DNA of 63,765 nt, filler included, from Olpidium bornovanus S191 (Eukaryota > Fungi > Olpidiomycota), in NCBI GenBank assembly GCA_017911155.1. It is 30 parts of 30 records of this genome, joined end to end, with 100 filler letters (N's around TTAATTAATTAA, not from the genome) between each part and the next. Parts side by side here need not be neighbours in the genome. Positions count along the whole stretch, not along the records: positions 12,184 to 13,788 come from JAEFCI010000274.1; positions 13,889 to 15,082 come from JAEFCI010011800.1; positions 15,183 to 16,628 come from JAEFCI010008960.1; positions 16,729 to 17,952 come from JAEFCI010000238.1; positions 18,053 to 20,845 come from JAEFCI010002846.1; positions 20,946 to 24,356 come from JAEFCI010000555.1; 24 more parts are not named here. One strand, 5' to 3'. Position 1 is the first letter of the stretch. Each line of letters begins with the position of its first letter. The notes beneath the pieces were generated by a model, which was given only the letters and a program-made list of their open reading frames with translations, made no database searches and had not been told where the DNA came from. A program made the position numbers and the translations under genes. This document shows, piece by piece, positions 12,084 to 23,146 of this stretch.

Positions 12084-12749
12084 NNNNNNNNNNNNNNNNN
12101 NNNNNNNNNNNNNNNNNNNNNNNNNNNTTAATTAATTAANNNNNNNNNNNNNNNNNNNNNNNNNNNNNNNNNNNNNNNNNNNNGCCCCGCCGGGGGCGGC
12201 AGCTTTTATGCGCCGCCCGCAGAAGGCGTTCAATCCTGGGGGAAAAAGCGAGGATCTTCTTTTGTCCCGCGCCGTCTCGCTTGCGCGCGCGGGGAGGAGG
12301 AGGAGTGGGGGGAGGGAGGAAAGGGGGGGGGAGGGGCCCGGGAAACGATCGCGAACCCGGAAACTTGCCCGGGGCGGGATGCTCTCCCGCGTTAGCCCGC
12401 AGACCCACCACCCCGGCGTGCGTCTCTTTTTCTCACTCGCTCACTCACTCTCTCTCACTCTCACTCTCTCTCTCTTTCGCGGCGGCAACGGCAGGAAACG
12501 AGTGGAGCCGGGCGTGACCGGAAAAGCTTTTTTTTACTTTCGGGAGCGGGCGAGCGGGCGAGGGCGGGAGGAGGCGCCGCCGCGCGCGTTCTGCAATCTG
12601 AGACGGGTTTGGAGGGGGCGGCCCGTTTTCTTTCCTCGCGGCGGGACGGTCACGTGACCTCCTGTGAAAAAAAAAACGCCAAAATAATTTAGGCTTTCTC
12701 GCAAAGGTTCTCGTCCGCCCCGCCCTCAAAAAAAAAAGGAAAAGAAACG

Positions 12750-13280
12750 ATCGTTGCGGAAGCTGCGGGACGTCGATCCGGAAAGGTTCGACGGAGGAAC
12801 GGGCGTTCAGAATCGTCGACGGAACGGACAGATTATGGTAGCCGCAACCCCTCGGCTTCGCCGGCGACGGCCGTTCCCCGTGGACGCCGTGCTTTTGCCC
12901 CTCGGAGGGCCCCCTTGAGGCCGAGAGCAAACCAGCGCGGGTCCGGCCCAGTCGAGACGCGGCGAGCTTCCGACGAGACGCGCGGGCCCGCGAAAGCGAA
13001 ACTGAGGCGCGCCCGAGCGGTTTGACCGAAAAAAAAGAGCGGGGGCGCAAGGGTGGAGTCGGAGAGCAAAGGGGATGGGTGGGCTCACAAGCTCGGGCGT
13101 GTGCTTCGGGCGAAACCGGCTAAGCGTTGAGTTTTTCTTGAACAAGGTGAAGGGGGGCAGCGAGCCCGAGAAACAGCGGCCCTCCCAACCCCTATCCCCA
13201 CGGCACTAAGCTTTTTTTTCCAAAGGCCTCGGGGGCGGCGTCGGCGCGGCCGGTGAACCTCGTATAGGCCGAAGTGCCTA
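12750..13280 (-). CDS. Possible multi-exon hypothetical protein
   Basis: Three GT-AG-bounded candidate exons join in phase (TSAYTRKTQRLAGFARSTRPSLGPSEGQKHG...). No family recognised. Confidence 0.2.
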
Positions 13281-14099
13281 AAGAGAGCGCAGCAAATCGA
13301 ACTCGGTAACACGGTTACACATGGCGACCCGGGTGGGCCGCGCCGCAAATCCGGCGTCGGGCGCAGGTGGGGAGGGGAGGGGCCCCTGTGAGGAGAAGGA
13401 AAAGGGGTCGTACATACGTGGTAACAAGGCGCACGTATAACTACCGCGTCCGGCATCAGAGGACATATTTATCCCCTTACCGCGCGGGCCGAGAAATGGC
13501 GGGTGGATTGGGTGACACGTGGTAACAAGGTGCACGTTGTCCCTATTCGCGTATTTCTTTTTTTTTGTTCACCACCTGGGGGGGAGGGGGGGGACTGCTG
13601 CCAAGAGACCAGCAGCTCGGCGCGGCCGAGGTCACTAGCTCGGGCGACGCGGGCACCGGGCGAGATTGGTGCGCAGTGCGCCCGCCAGTTTCGGGGTTCG
13701 CGTCGGCAAGCGTAAGTTTCCGCGAAGCGCGGCCGCCTTTGAACCAATTGATCGGTTTATTTCCGGTTCTCAACCAAAAAAAAAAAAANNNNNNNNNNNN
13801 NNNNNNNNNNNNNNNNNNNNNNNNNNNNNNNNTTAATTAATTAANNNNNNNNNNNNNNNNNNNNNNNNNNNNNNNNNNNNNNNNNNNNATTTTTATTTTT
13901 TTTTCTTTTTTGTTCTTTTCCCATCCCGCGGTTGGCCAGTTTGTCCCCAATTGCAAAAAAACTGCCCGTTGTACTCTATCTCCGTCCCCGCAGGTGCACC
14001 TGTCTCATGTGCCGTTTCGGTCTGGTTTGTAACGGACACTTGGGATCGCGCCGCCTACTCCACTCTTGTTGCTCATTCTGCGTGCGCCTTTTCTGGATC

Positions 14100-14790
14100 T
14101 CAGAATCAACGCCGGCGCCGGCGCCGGAAACGCAGAAACTAACCCACGTTACAAGCCGGCGCTTTTCACGAAAGCCCCAGGCCAGGTTCGGCCGCTCTCT
14201 TCGCCTTCACCCGGACAGGGGGCAGACTTCTACTCGCCGCCGCTTGGAGTGGCGCGGACAGTGCTGAAAAGCTCGCCTGGTGAGCGAAGGGCCCGAAAGG
14301 ATCCACGACCGTTTGCGGGCCGTGCTCTCGTCGCTCAGATTACGCCGCCCGGCGAAAGTAAAATATCGTCCGGGCGGCGTTTGGCATCGAAGCCCCTTGG
14401 CCGGGCTGTGACGGATCCAAAACCAACCGCTCTCCATTTCTCCCCAGAAAGAACAATTCCAGCCGCAAAACATTTATGTTTCGCAAGTTCAAGAAGTTGA
14501 AAGAGGGCAAAGAGCACAGTAACTATGCCCACTGGAACATCAGCAAGGCAACGGCCAAGGCCCAGGAGATTCTGGAAGAGATCGAGCACAATGGCGCGCC
14601 GCCGCCCGGAAGGTTTAAGCCGCGCGTTTTGCCCGGTTTTCGCCGCGAGTGCCCGACCTCCACCTGACGTACCACTGCTGACCCTCATTTCCCAGGGAGC
14701 AAGCACCTGTGTTTATGACCTCGCAGATGAAGCTTGCGGTCGAGCAAAACGAAAGGGAAGAATTGGCCAGCCAGCAGGAGGAAAGAGTTT
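14100..14790 (+). CDS. Hypothetical multi-exon protein fragment
   Basis: Splice-site-bounded open segments RKTFMFRKFKKLKEGKEHSNYAHWNISKATAKAQEILEEIE and MKLAVEQNEREELASQQEERVLY. Unassigned. Confidence 0.35.
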
Positions 14791-15998
14791 TGTACGTGCG
14801 GCGTGTGACCGAGGTACATGTGAAATTGCCATCTGTGCTTTGCGCCCCATTAGCGATCCGGGTGACTACATCTTTCAGGTCGCGCAGCTCAAAAGCAATT
14901 GCGCGTCGGCGGTCTCACCTTTGTTCCAAAACACGTCGAATTTAACTGCCGGCCTCCACCCCCCCCTTCCTCCACTCCCCAAATAGCACTCTCTTTTTCA
15001 AACACTAGTTATGGTGGTCATTGCCATGAACACGATCACAGTGGCCCTCGAAACGGGGCTGGACCCTACAACCGCACCAGAGNNNNNNNNNNNNNNNNNN
15101 NNNNNNNNNNNNNNNNNNNNNNNNNNTTAATTAATTAANNNNNNNNNNNNNNNNNNNNNNNNNNNNNNNNNNNNNNNNNNNNTCTCGCGCGTGGTCGCGA
15201 TGAAATTCATTTGCGAGATCAAATCTTTCGTCGTGCCCAGCCGCTCCCGGCGGGGCCCTTCGAAACTGAGGCAATCCTTTTCGCGCACATGGTAACCGCG
15301 CGGGAAGGGACCGGACGCACAGCGTCGACAGACGTGACGTTGAAGAACGGCTTTGCCGTCGACCTGACCTTCGCTCGACGTCGACGAGCATAAATAGCGT
15401 CCCTTCCGCTCCGTAGCTCGACGTCGAGGTACTGGTTCACCAGAGGGACCCCGGAAAGGGCTGTTCAGGGCCTGCAAAGTGCTTAAATAACGCGACCAGG
15501 TTCTTGCACTGTGCAAAACGCTCTGGTTTAGCACATCTCCGGATACCACAAAAGTCTCGACGGAGACTTCCAATCTCAACAGAAAAGCCATTCCGACGCG
15601 AGAAAATTCAAATGGGACGAAACGAAGTGTTAGGAGTAATGCGCACTTTAACCTAGCTTAGCCTAGCCCACCCTGCCCTCGTTGACCCTCGTCACCTTAC
15701 CTGTAGCGCCTTGCTCAGACCTGACGAGGAAGGGGAATACAACGTTTAAACCTTGCCGCAGTACACAACCTTTGAGGCGAGAAGGGCGGCCTGTACAAAA
15801 AGATTATGGCCGAGCGCCTGTCTGACTCGGTAGCTGGTGCTCAACACACTGTGTGGGCCTACGAGCACCTCATGGACTACCATGCTAAGGTCACGACCCT
15901 CCTCTCCGGGGCCCAAGGCGTCGACCAGTCCGTTTTCGAGGAGATGCAGCGCGTCTTCGACCGTCAGGCTGCCCACCTTCACGGAAGCCTGCTTGTTT

Positions 15999-16177
15999 CT
16001 AGACGGGTTTCACCGACGCTTGAGCGGGCACGCGCAATGTTGCACCCAGGGCGAGCCCGGGCGAGCTTCATCGATCCTTGGGCGAACCTAGGCGGGTTTC
16101 ACCGACGCTTGAGCGGGCGCGCGCAATGTTGCACCCAGGGCGAGCCCGGGCGAGCTTCATCGATCCTTGGGTGAACC
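15999..16177. repeat. Tandem duplication, 89-bp unit, two copies
   Basis: CGGGTTTCACCGACGCTTGAGCGGGC...CATCGATCCTTGGG at 16004 and 16093. Confidence 0.95.
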
Positions 16178-16185
16178 CGCCTCCG

Positions 16186-16400
16186 CAGCCCTGCAGCTCG
16201 GCTTCGCCCTCCGGACCCCGCAGCTCGGCTTCGCCTTCCTTCGGCCCCCGCAGCTCGGCCTCAACCCCGCAGCTCGGCTTCGCCCTCTGGCCCCCGCAGC
16301 TCGGCTTCGCATCTGCAGCTCGGCTTCGCCTTCCTTCGGCCCCCGCAGCTCGGCTTCGCCGTCCGGCCTCCGCGCTCGGCTACGCCGTTTCCGGCCGCCG
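16186..16400. repeat. GC-rich minisatellite, core GCAGCTCGGCTTCGCC
   Basis: About six copies of CGGCTTCGC plus two variants, with variable spacers. Confidence 0.85.
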
Positions 16401-16732
16401 CCGCCTCTTTCCGGCTGCCGCCGCCGCTTTCCGGCCGCCGCCGCCCTTCTCCGCCTCCCTCGCTTCGGCGAACCGGAGACCCGCCGCCTTCTTTTCGCTG
16501 CGCTCGCCCGCGCCGCTCGCCCGCGCCGCTCACCGCCGCCGCATCCCACTGCGGCCACCCCCCCCCCCACTTCCCCCAGCCCCAATTCGTAGCCGGGGGG
16601 ACGTACTTTTTTGACCACCGATGGAGAANNNNNNNNNNNNNNNNNNNNNNNNNNNNNNNNNNNNNNNNNNNNTTAATTAATTAANNNNNNNNNNNNNNNN
16701 NNNNNNNNNNNNNNNNNNNNNNNNNNNNTCGA

Positions 16733-16900
16733 GTGATTCCGAGGATGTGTTGGAAAAGGATCCTCAGCGCGAAGCGAAAAGACGGCCTCTACATCGTAGA
16801 AGAAAAGGCTACGTTCGTGTTGGAAGCAGCTGGCGTATATAGAATCATGGCGGGCCGTGTCCCCGCTGAAATAAACCCACAAATTAAAACGCCCTACCAA
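16733..16900 (+). mobile_element. Possible degenerate copia gag N-terminal fragment
   Basis: YIVEEKATFVLEAAGVYRIMAGRVP loosely resembles the gag N-terminal W..KM...L....LW.IV.G pattern. Weak. Confidence 0.2.
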
Positions 16901-18077
16901 ACAACAGGTTATGAGCCCCAGCTTGGACCTGACGGTTCCCGCAGATCCCCCGCGGCGCCCGCAGCCCTGTCGCCACAGCCGCTGCGCGGCCATCGCCCAT
17001 CCGCCAAAACAAACCAAAAAGCGACCGGACCTGATGGCACCCCAGGCTTGACGTGCCGCTGCGCGCGAGCCGCCCTCGTCACCTTCCTCAGCTCTTCGCC
17101 GCGCAACCGCCATCGCCCGCGCCGCCATTCAACCCCCCGCCGCCAAGCTTCCAAGGAAGTCATTCCAAGATGAGAAAATAATCCTCGGCCCGTTGTGAGG
17201 GGAAGGTGCTGACAGCAGCGTGGCTGACAGCGATCGGTCCAGTCTCGGCTGCCTCAGGGACAGAATAGGTCGGGAGGTCATCCGGAAAACCCGTGGCATA
17301 GAATGGCTTACCTCACGCTACACCCGCTTTACCCGTACTATCCGCGAAACTTACTATTCCGGACGCAAAGAGCGTTAGATTTGCTCAGCCGTATTACCTG
17401 GCTCCCCACCCGCCAAAACGCCGCCGCGCACCGAGAGAGAGAGGAGCCCTCATTTTTGTTTTACTGCCTGGTTTTTTTTTTTTTTTTCCTTTCTTCCGGC
17501 TCTTCGTCCGACCCGAGCCGCTCGTCCGCAGCCCTGTTTGCATACCGGCGGCCGAGCACCTGCCCCGACGCCTGTTTCCCGACTGCCTGAATGTAAGAAG
17601 GAACCGGCGGGGAAGGGCCCTTCCGGAGTTCCTTCCGGAGGAAGTAGCACATAATAAAAATCTGTTCGAAAAACTCCGAGGAGAGGGTGGGGGCCGGGGG
17701 GGACGGGCCCCACGTGGAGTCGCGCCCCGGCCCGCGCGCCCCGCCCCCCTTTTACCCCTGGCACGGAGCGGGGGGAAGGCGGTTTTCCGAAGGGCAGCAG
17801 CAGGGAACCCCCGCCCCCCCCCCCCCCGCCGCCGCCGTTCCAGTCCATAAGAGGAGCCTGCGTTGCGCTCCCCAGAGCGCCCCGGCGTGGGCTTCTTGCG
17901 GTTCGGCCTGTGACCTCCCTGACCCCCCCCCCCCCCCCCCCGGGGGCCCCCANNNNNNNNNNNNNNNNNNNNNNNNNNNNNNNNNNNNNNNNNNNNTTAA
18001 TTAATTAANNNNNNNNNNNNNNNNNNNNNNNNNNNNNNNNNNNNNNNNNNNNCCTCGCAACTTTAACCGCCACCACC

Positions 18078-18154
18078 TGCTCTCCCGCAGATACGTCACG
18101 CCATTCATACACCCTGTGCTCTCCCGCAAATACGTCGCGCCGTTCATACGCCCT
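18078..18154. repeat. Tandem repeat, 39-bp unit, two copies
   Basis: TGCTCTCCCGCA(G/A)ATACGTC...TTCATAC at 18078 and 18117. Confidence 0.85.
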
Positions 18155-18180
18155 TCTCATTACCGACAAAGGCGAGCAGC

Positions 18181-18460
18181 GGGGCAACTACACTCTAATC
18201 TTCCGTCCCGTTTCTCTCGGATCCAGTCCCGTTTCGCTCGAATCCACTCGGTCGGTCTTCCATGTCTCGCTCCTGCGGAGGCGCAATGACCTAGGAGAAG
18301 GAAGGATCAGTCGCCCAGGTTGCCGAAGAGAACGATGAGCACGAGGTTGAAGCGATCTGGGGAAGCACGTTCAGCAAGGTGAAAAGCAATACCTCATCCT
18401 CTGGCTTGAATGGTTGGGGCCGCTCCGCGAGACACCGAGTTCCCATGACGAGCCATAGAT
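18181..18460 (+). mobile_element. Ty3/gypsy chromovirus remnant (integrase C-terminus plus chromodomain)
   Basis: VFHVSLLR followed, with frameshifts, by EENDEHEVEAI and GEKQYLILWLEW, which is the chromovirus layout. Confidence 0.75.
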
Positions 18461-18861
18461 AGAGGTAGACCAACGCCCTTGCGGGCTATATTGTATTAGC
18501 CAGCGAGCTAGCGCCATGCAGTAGCAGGGCGGACCTAGTGGGTCCCTCGGGGCTGTGTTGGCCCCGGGGCCGGTATATGACCTATGGTCCGGGCGGGGCC
18601 GGGTCCACACACCCCCTCTTCACCCCCAAAATGAACACGACCGATCGGAAGCGACATGGGAAGATGAGCGTAAGTTAGACAACGCGCATGAAGCGGGGGG
18701 GGGGGGGGGGGGGGTGGGGGGGGGGGGGGGAAACGGGGGGGGGGGGGGGGGGGGGGGGGGCTGAGGGGCCCCCGCTGCGGCCCGGCGGTATTTCCGTAGC
18801 CGCTGCAGATGTTTTATGCTGACAGGTAGCCCGTCCCGCGGTGGTTTTCTTTTTTGCACAG

Positions 18862-19805
18862 TTCTCCGCCGGCCTGATCAACTCGCTTGAGAAGCGGCAA
18901 AAGCTCGCTTCCTCCGCGCCGGCGCCGGGTGCGGCGGAGGCCGCAGAGCCCGGGAAGCCGGCCGCCACTCCGCCGGCGGAGGCCGTGAACGCGGAAATCG
19001 AGCGTCGCGTGGCGGAACTGGTCGCGGCCGAGAGGGCCCGCCTCGAGGAAAGAGAAAAAGCCCTCGCCCGTTTCGAGGAGGAGCTCGTCGACTCGGCCCT
19101 GGCCGCCGCCACCCCGGCGTCACCCGCGGCGCCTACCCCGGGAGACGGCAGGAGCGTGTCAATCGTCGCCCAGGATGTCGAGGAACTCGTGCGGCGGAAC
19201 AAATTGTGCGTGCCAACGGGCCCGCCGGCTCGGCGCCCGGTCTGGGTTTACCGGGAAAATCCCCCCCTCTGTTTTGTTTTACCATCAATTTTAAAATGCG
19301 GCCGCGAAAAGCGAAATCAGGGTGGGCGGTGGTCTTACCCTCTTTTTTTTTTTCAAAAAAAAACTTTTGTGGCTGAATCATTGCTTTGGACGGTCATCCG
19401 GGCCTGTCGTCGTTCGTTCAGAATAACTATGAAGCCTCTTAACCCGGCTATTACAAAGACTCAGCAAGACGTGGTAGAATGCTACAGGTATGCTCATCTA
19501 CGGCCGTTGTCGGACCCTCATCGCCGTCCCTCTCGCCTTTCCATCGTTGTTTCCTGTTCCGTCCGTGGTCCTCCTTTGTTCGGTCTCTCTTGGTTGATAG
19601 TGGTGGCTTGACGCCACTTGACACGCCATGCATTGCGTGTACTACGACGCTGTAGAACAAAGATCGGAAGACCTTTGGATTGCTGGAGAGAGGTCGAGGG
19701 GTTCCGAGCGAGCGTTAGGAGGGCGCAACAAGTATGTCATTATTTTTTCCTTCATTGACATTCGACGGTGTTTCTTTTATCCAGCTGATGGATGATCTCA
19801 CTTGA
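18862..19805 (+). CDS. MIC19: MICOS subunit Mic19-like; N-terminal exon unresolved in the poly-G tract
   Basis: FSAGLINSLEK; VNAEIERRVAELVAAERARLEERE; TQQDVVECYR; GRPLDCWREVEGFRASVRRAQQ (the Mic19 C-terminal twin-Cys signature). Probable last exon LMDDLT*. Confidence 0.85.
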
Positions 19806-20252
19806 CATTTCCATTGCAACCGGTTTCGCTTTAGGAATTTGTCTCGAACAATGCGTGACGTCGCCGTCGAATGCCAATGCATTATGTGCCGAAAGCAAAC
19901 GGTAACTTAGACGGAGGAAATGCGGCGTAATACCACAAAAGGAAAGGCGGGGATTGTAGCGACCGCAGGAATGCATTTGTGTCGTGACACTTTCGGACTG
20001 ATGCCGTCGATTCGGAAAATGCATCTCCGATGGAACGCCGGCACGCCGGCAAACGGCCGCGTAGCCCACGACGCATTCGTCGCGAGGGAAAGACCCGGAG
20101 GCAGTTAGCTTCCGATGTCTGCAAAATCTCGATTGTGCCAGAGAGCCAGAACGCTTTTCCCGCCTCAAAGCAGGATTCCGCAGTTTCGAAGTCGAGGGGA
20201 ACTCCCGCCGACGGCGGTTCCAAAAAACGAAGCGGCAGAGGATTCGCGTCTA

Positions 20253-20690
20253 TCACTGCGTTTCAACAAGGCCGGCCATTTCATACTGCTTCTTCATAAA
20301 CTTGCGGAGGTCCGTCTTGAACTCGTCCAGCCCGTTGTCGATGTCGCTGGGCTGCTCGTCATCGGATACGATGCTCCCGAGGACCGAGGCCATTTGCAGA
20401 ATGCGCGCTGCGGTGTCGAGTAGACGCCGTTCTGGGGCGAAGCCGTCGTCGAACACGCGCTCGAACGCGGCTGGCAGATATGGGATAGAGAATGAGTCCG
20501 TGCGGACAGGATAAGCGTCACCGGACGAACCGAACACGGGAAGTCGTGAAACGGTCGTGGATCAATTGTTTCTTTTTTTTTTTTTTTTTTTTTTTTTGGT
20601 TCCGGGGACGCGAGACAAACGAACATTTCAATTTGTCCAAAGTCGGGGCGATGACGTGGTCGCGAAAATTGGCAAGTGTCATGGTTCGCA
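20253..20690 (-). CDS. HbrB-domain protein, Bit61/PRR5(Protor)-like TORC2 subunit, C-terminal fragment
   Basis: LRTMTLANFRDHVIAPTLDKLK (exon ending 20625) joins SAFERVF...TAARILQMASVLGSIVSDDEQ (exon from 20470). This resembles the fungal HbrB C-terminal FRDxVIxP / TAxRxLQxxSVL pattern as I recall it. Confidence 0.65.
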
Positions 20691-20945
20691 GTTATGTTTT
20701 GGGAGAAAGGGGTTGTGAGCTATACTCCCGGGCACGCCGGGCGTTATGCACAGTACGGAGTACAACGCAACACTCCTCCGCGCTCGAGTAAACGGGATAC
20801 ATATGGGAGTGAATAAGGTAAAGACAGGTATGAAGACCCGCCAAGNNNNNNNNNNNNNNNNNNNNNNNNNNNNNNNNNNNNNNNNNNNNTTAATTAATTA
20901 ANNNNNNNNNNNNNNNNNNNNNNNNNNNNNNNNNNNNNNNNNNNN

Positions 20946-20988
<43 letters not shown>

Positions 20989-21004
20989 GGCCACCGAGCG
21001 AGAC

Positions 21005-22967
21005 ATGCCGCCCGCGCGGACGGAACGGCCGGACCGGCCGGGAGGAAGTGGAGGAGAAGAAGGAGAACGAGGAGAAGGAGGAGAAGGAGGGGGCGCGCGT
21101 CTGTCTCCGGGGCCCGCCGGCGTTCCCGCGCCGCACCCGCCGCCGAACAGCCACCAGCACCAGCTCAGCGGAAAGACCGCCGCCGCCGCCGCGGACGCGG
21201 ACGTGCCGTTCGTGCCGCGCCAGGTGGCGAGGAAGCGCGGCCCCGACGCGGCGGCGTCGTTTGCGGCGGCGGCGCGGGCCGTGGCGGCCGACGCCCGGTT
21301 GGAGCAGGTGGCCGGTGCCTTGGAGGGGCTGTTCGACGACGAGAACCTCGCCGTTAACCTCCACGGCCTGAGGACCGCCATGGAGAAGCACGGCGAAGAG
21401 GGCTACTGTACGTCTTGTCTGCCTGTCTGTCTCTATCTCTTTCTCTCTTTCTGCCCCACCTTCTCTCTCTCCTATTCTTGTCGGGCTTAACAAAAAGCCC
21501 GCGGGAAAATGGGGAGGTGGGGCGCAGGGGCAACCTCCCGTTTACCGCCTCCGCCCTTTTCCGGACCCTCCCCCCTGATGACCATGCGCCGCCGCCGCGC
21601 CGGCGCGCGTCTCCGCCAGACGTCGACATCAGCTACCTGCTGCGAACGACCCCGCTCGCCGCTCTCGGCGTGACAGTGGAGACCGTCGCCGAAGCGGTGC
21701 AGCAGCGCTCGACGAAACTAGAGGTCGGGTATTTCACTTTGCTTTCGCGCGTGCCGCGTGCGGAGGCATGAAAGCCGGCGGGCGGGCGGAGAAGGGAAAA
21801 GTGGGGGGGGGCGGGGAGCACGATTTTGACCGGCGCCGTTTTTTTTTTCCATTGTTCGATTCGACAGGTCAATCCCGCAAAGAGGCGCGTTCGCCGGCGG
21901 AAGCCGTACTTCACCATGAGGGACCCCGACAAAGACGGCGCGGTCGTGTACGTGGTGCGTTTTCTTGTTTTCTGGTCGGGGGGTTGGCGGACGTGTGGTT
22001 TCACGCGGGCAAATGAAGGAAAAGAAAATGAAGGAGAGAAAGCAAATAAGACGCCACGAGGCCACACAAAAAAAGGCAGTCGTTTAAATGCGCCGCCGCG
22101 GGGCCCATCCGGATTCCGCCCCGCCGAGAAGAGGCCACCGCCGCCTGATGCTGTTATGTCGGCGCGCGGACGCGCGCTTCCCGCCCCCAGGAACGCCTCC
22201 CCACCGGCAAGGCGAAGGGCGCGGATTGCGCGGCGCGACTGAGGAAAATGATGTCCGCGGCCGGCCGCGTCGTCGACGTCAGCTTTCCGCTGTGCGCCGA
22301 CGGCCGCGTCCGTCCCCAAAGCGGGTTCGCTTTCGTGGAGTTCGAGGACGAGCGTTCGGCGGACAGGGCCGTCGAGATGTTCGACGGGAATCCGCCGGCC
22401 GCGGGTGGCCCGCCACATCCCGCGGCTGCGCCGCTTTGGGTAATGAAGAAGTGAGTTTCGGGTCGCGGAAACTGGCGCGCGCCCAGATCGAGGGCGGGAG
22501 AGAGTTTACCGGGCTTCTGGACAGCCCCACCCCACTGGGGGTTATGGTGTTTCCCGGCGGAAAAAAAAAGCAAAGGAAGCAAGGTCCGGGTGGATCGAAA
22601 AATGGCGGAACGTGTTTTCTCCCACTCCCAAGCGCCCGGCCGCCGCTCGGTTTTCTTCTTGACGGCCGGTCGACCCCGCCCCCCGGCTGTTCTTCTGCTC
22701 TCTTCGCGCGCCGAACACAGGTCGAAATGGCACGACTTCGCAGACGAATACCGGGAAGTTCTAAGCAAGGAGTACAAGGCGGATATGCAGGTGGCCGCCA
22801 AGGCGCGGTGGCAGCACGAGCGAGAGCATTTGGCATCGGCTCGGGCGGCGCCGGCGGACGATTCCACGGAGGAGACTCTGCCGGAGCGGCCGCCGGGAGG
22901 CGACCCTCCCAGGGCAGCGGCAGCGGAACCACCCAATACAAAGATTGTATTCGAAGACTCCGATTAA
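21005..22967 (+). CDS. La-motif plus RRM protein, LARP7-like
   Basis: LEGLFDDENLAVNLHGLRTAMEKHGEEGY / VDISYLL...AEAVQQRSTKLE (La motif); GRVVDVSFP...SGFAFVEFEDERSADRAV (RNP1); post-RRM helix KWHDFADEYREVL; stop at 22967. Confidence 0.8.
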
Positions 22968-23146
22968 CGAGAAACGACTTTAGTTGGAGTCGGGGAGAAC
23001 ACATAGAAAGAAAAAGCGGGCCTCGATTTGTTTCCGGGGTTTCGGTTGCAAAAAGGAAACCAAGAAAAGGAGGAGGGGAAGTGGGTGGTGGGTGGTGGGG
23101 GGGGGGGGGGGCACTTTTTTTTGGTTTGAGAAAAAGCAATCCATTT

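Noticed and set aside
17450-17848. FYYVLLPPEGTPEGPFPAGSFLH as an esterase or ubiquitin-conjugating-enzyme fragment
   Set aside because: Ambiguous between families and no consistent exon chain could be built.
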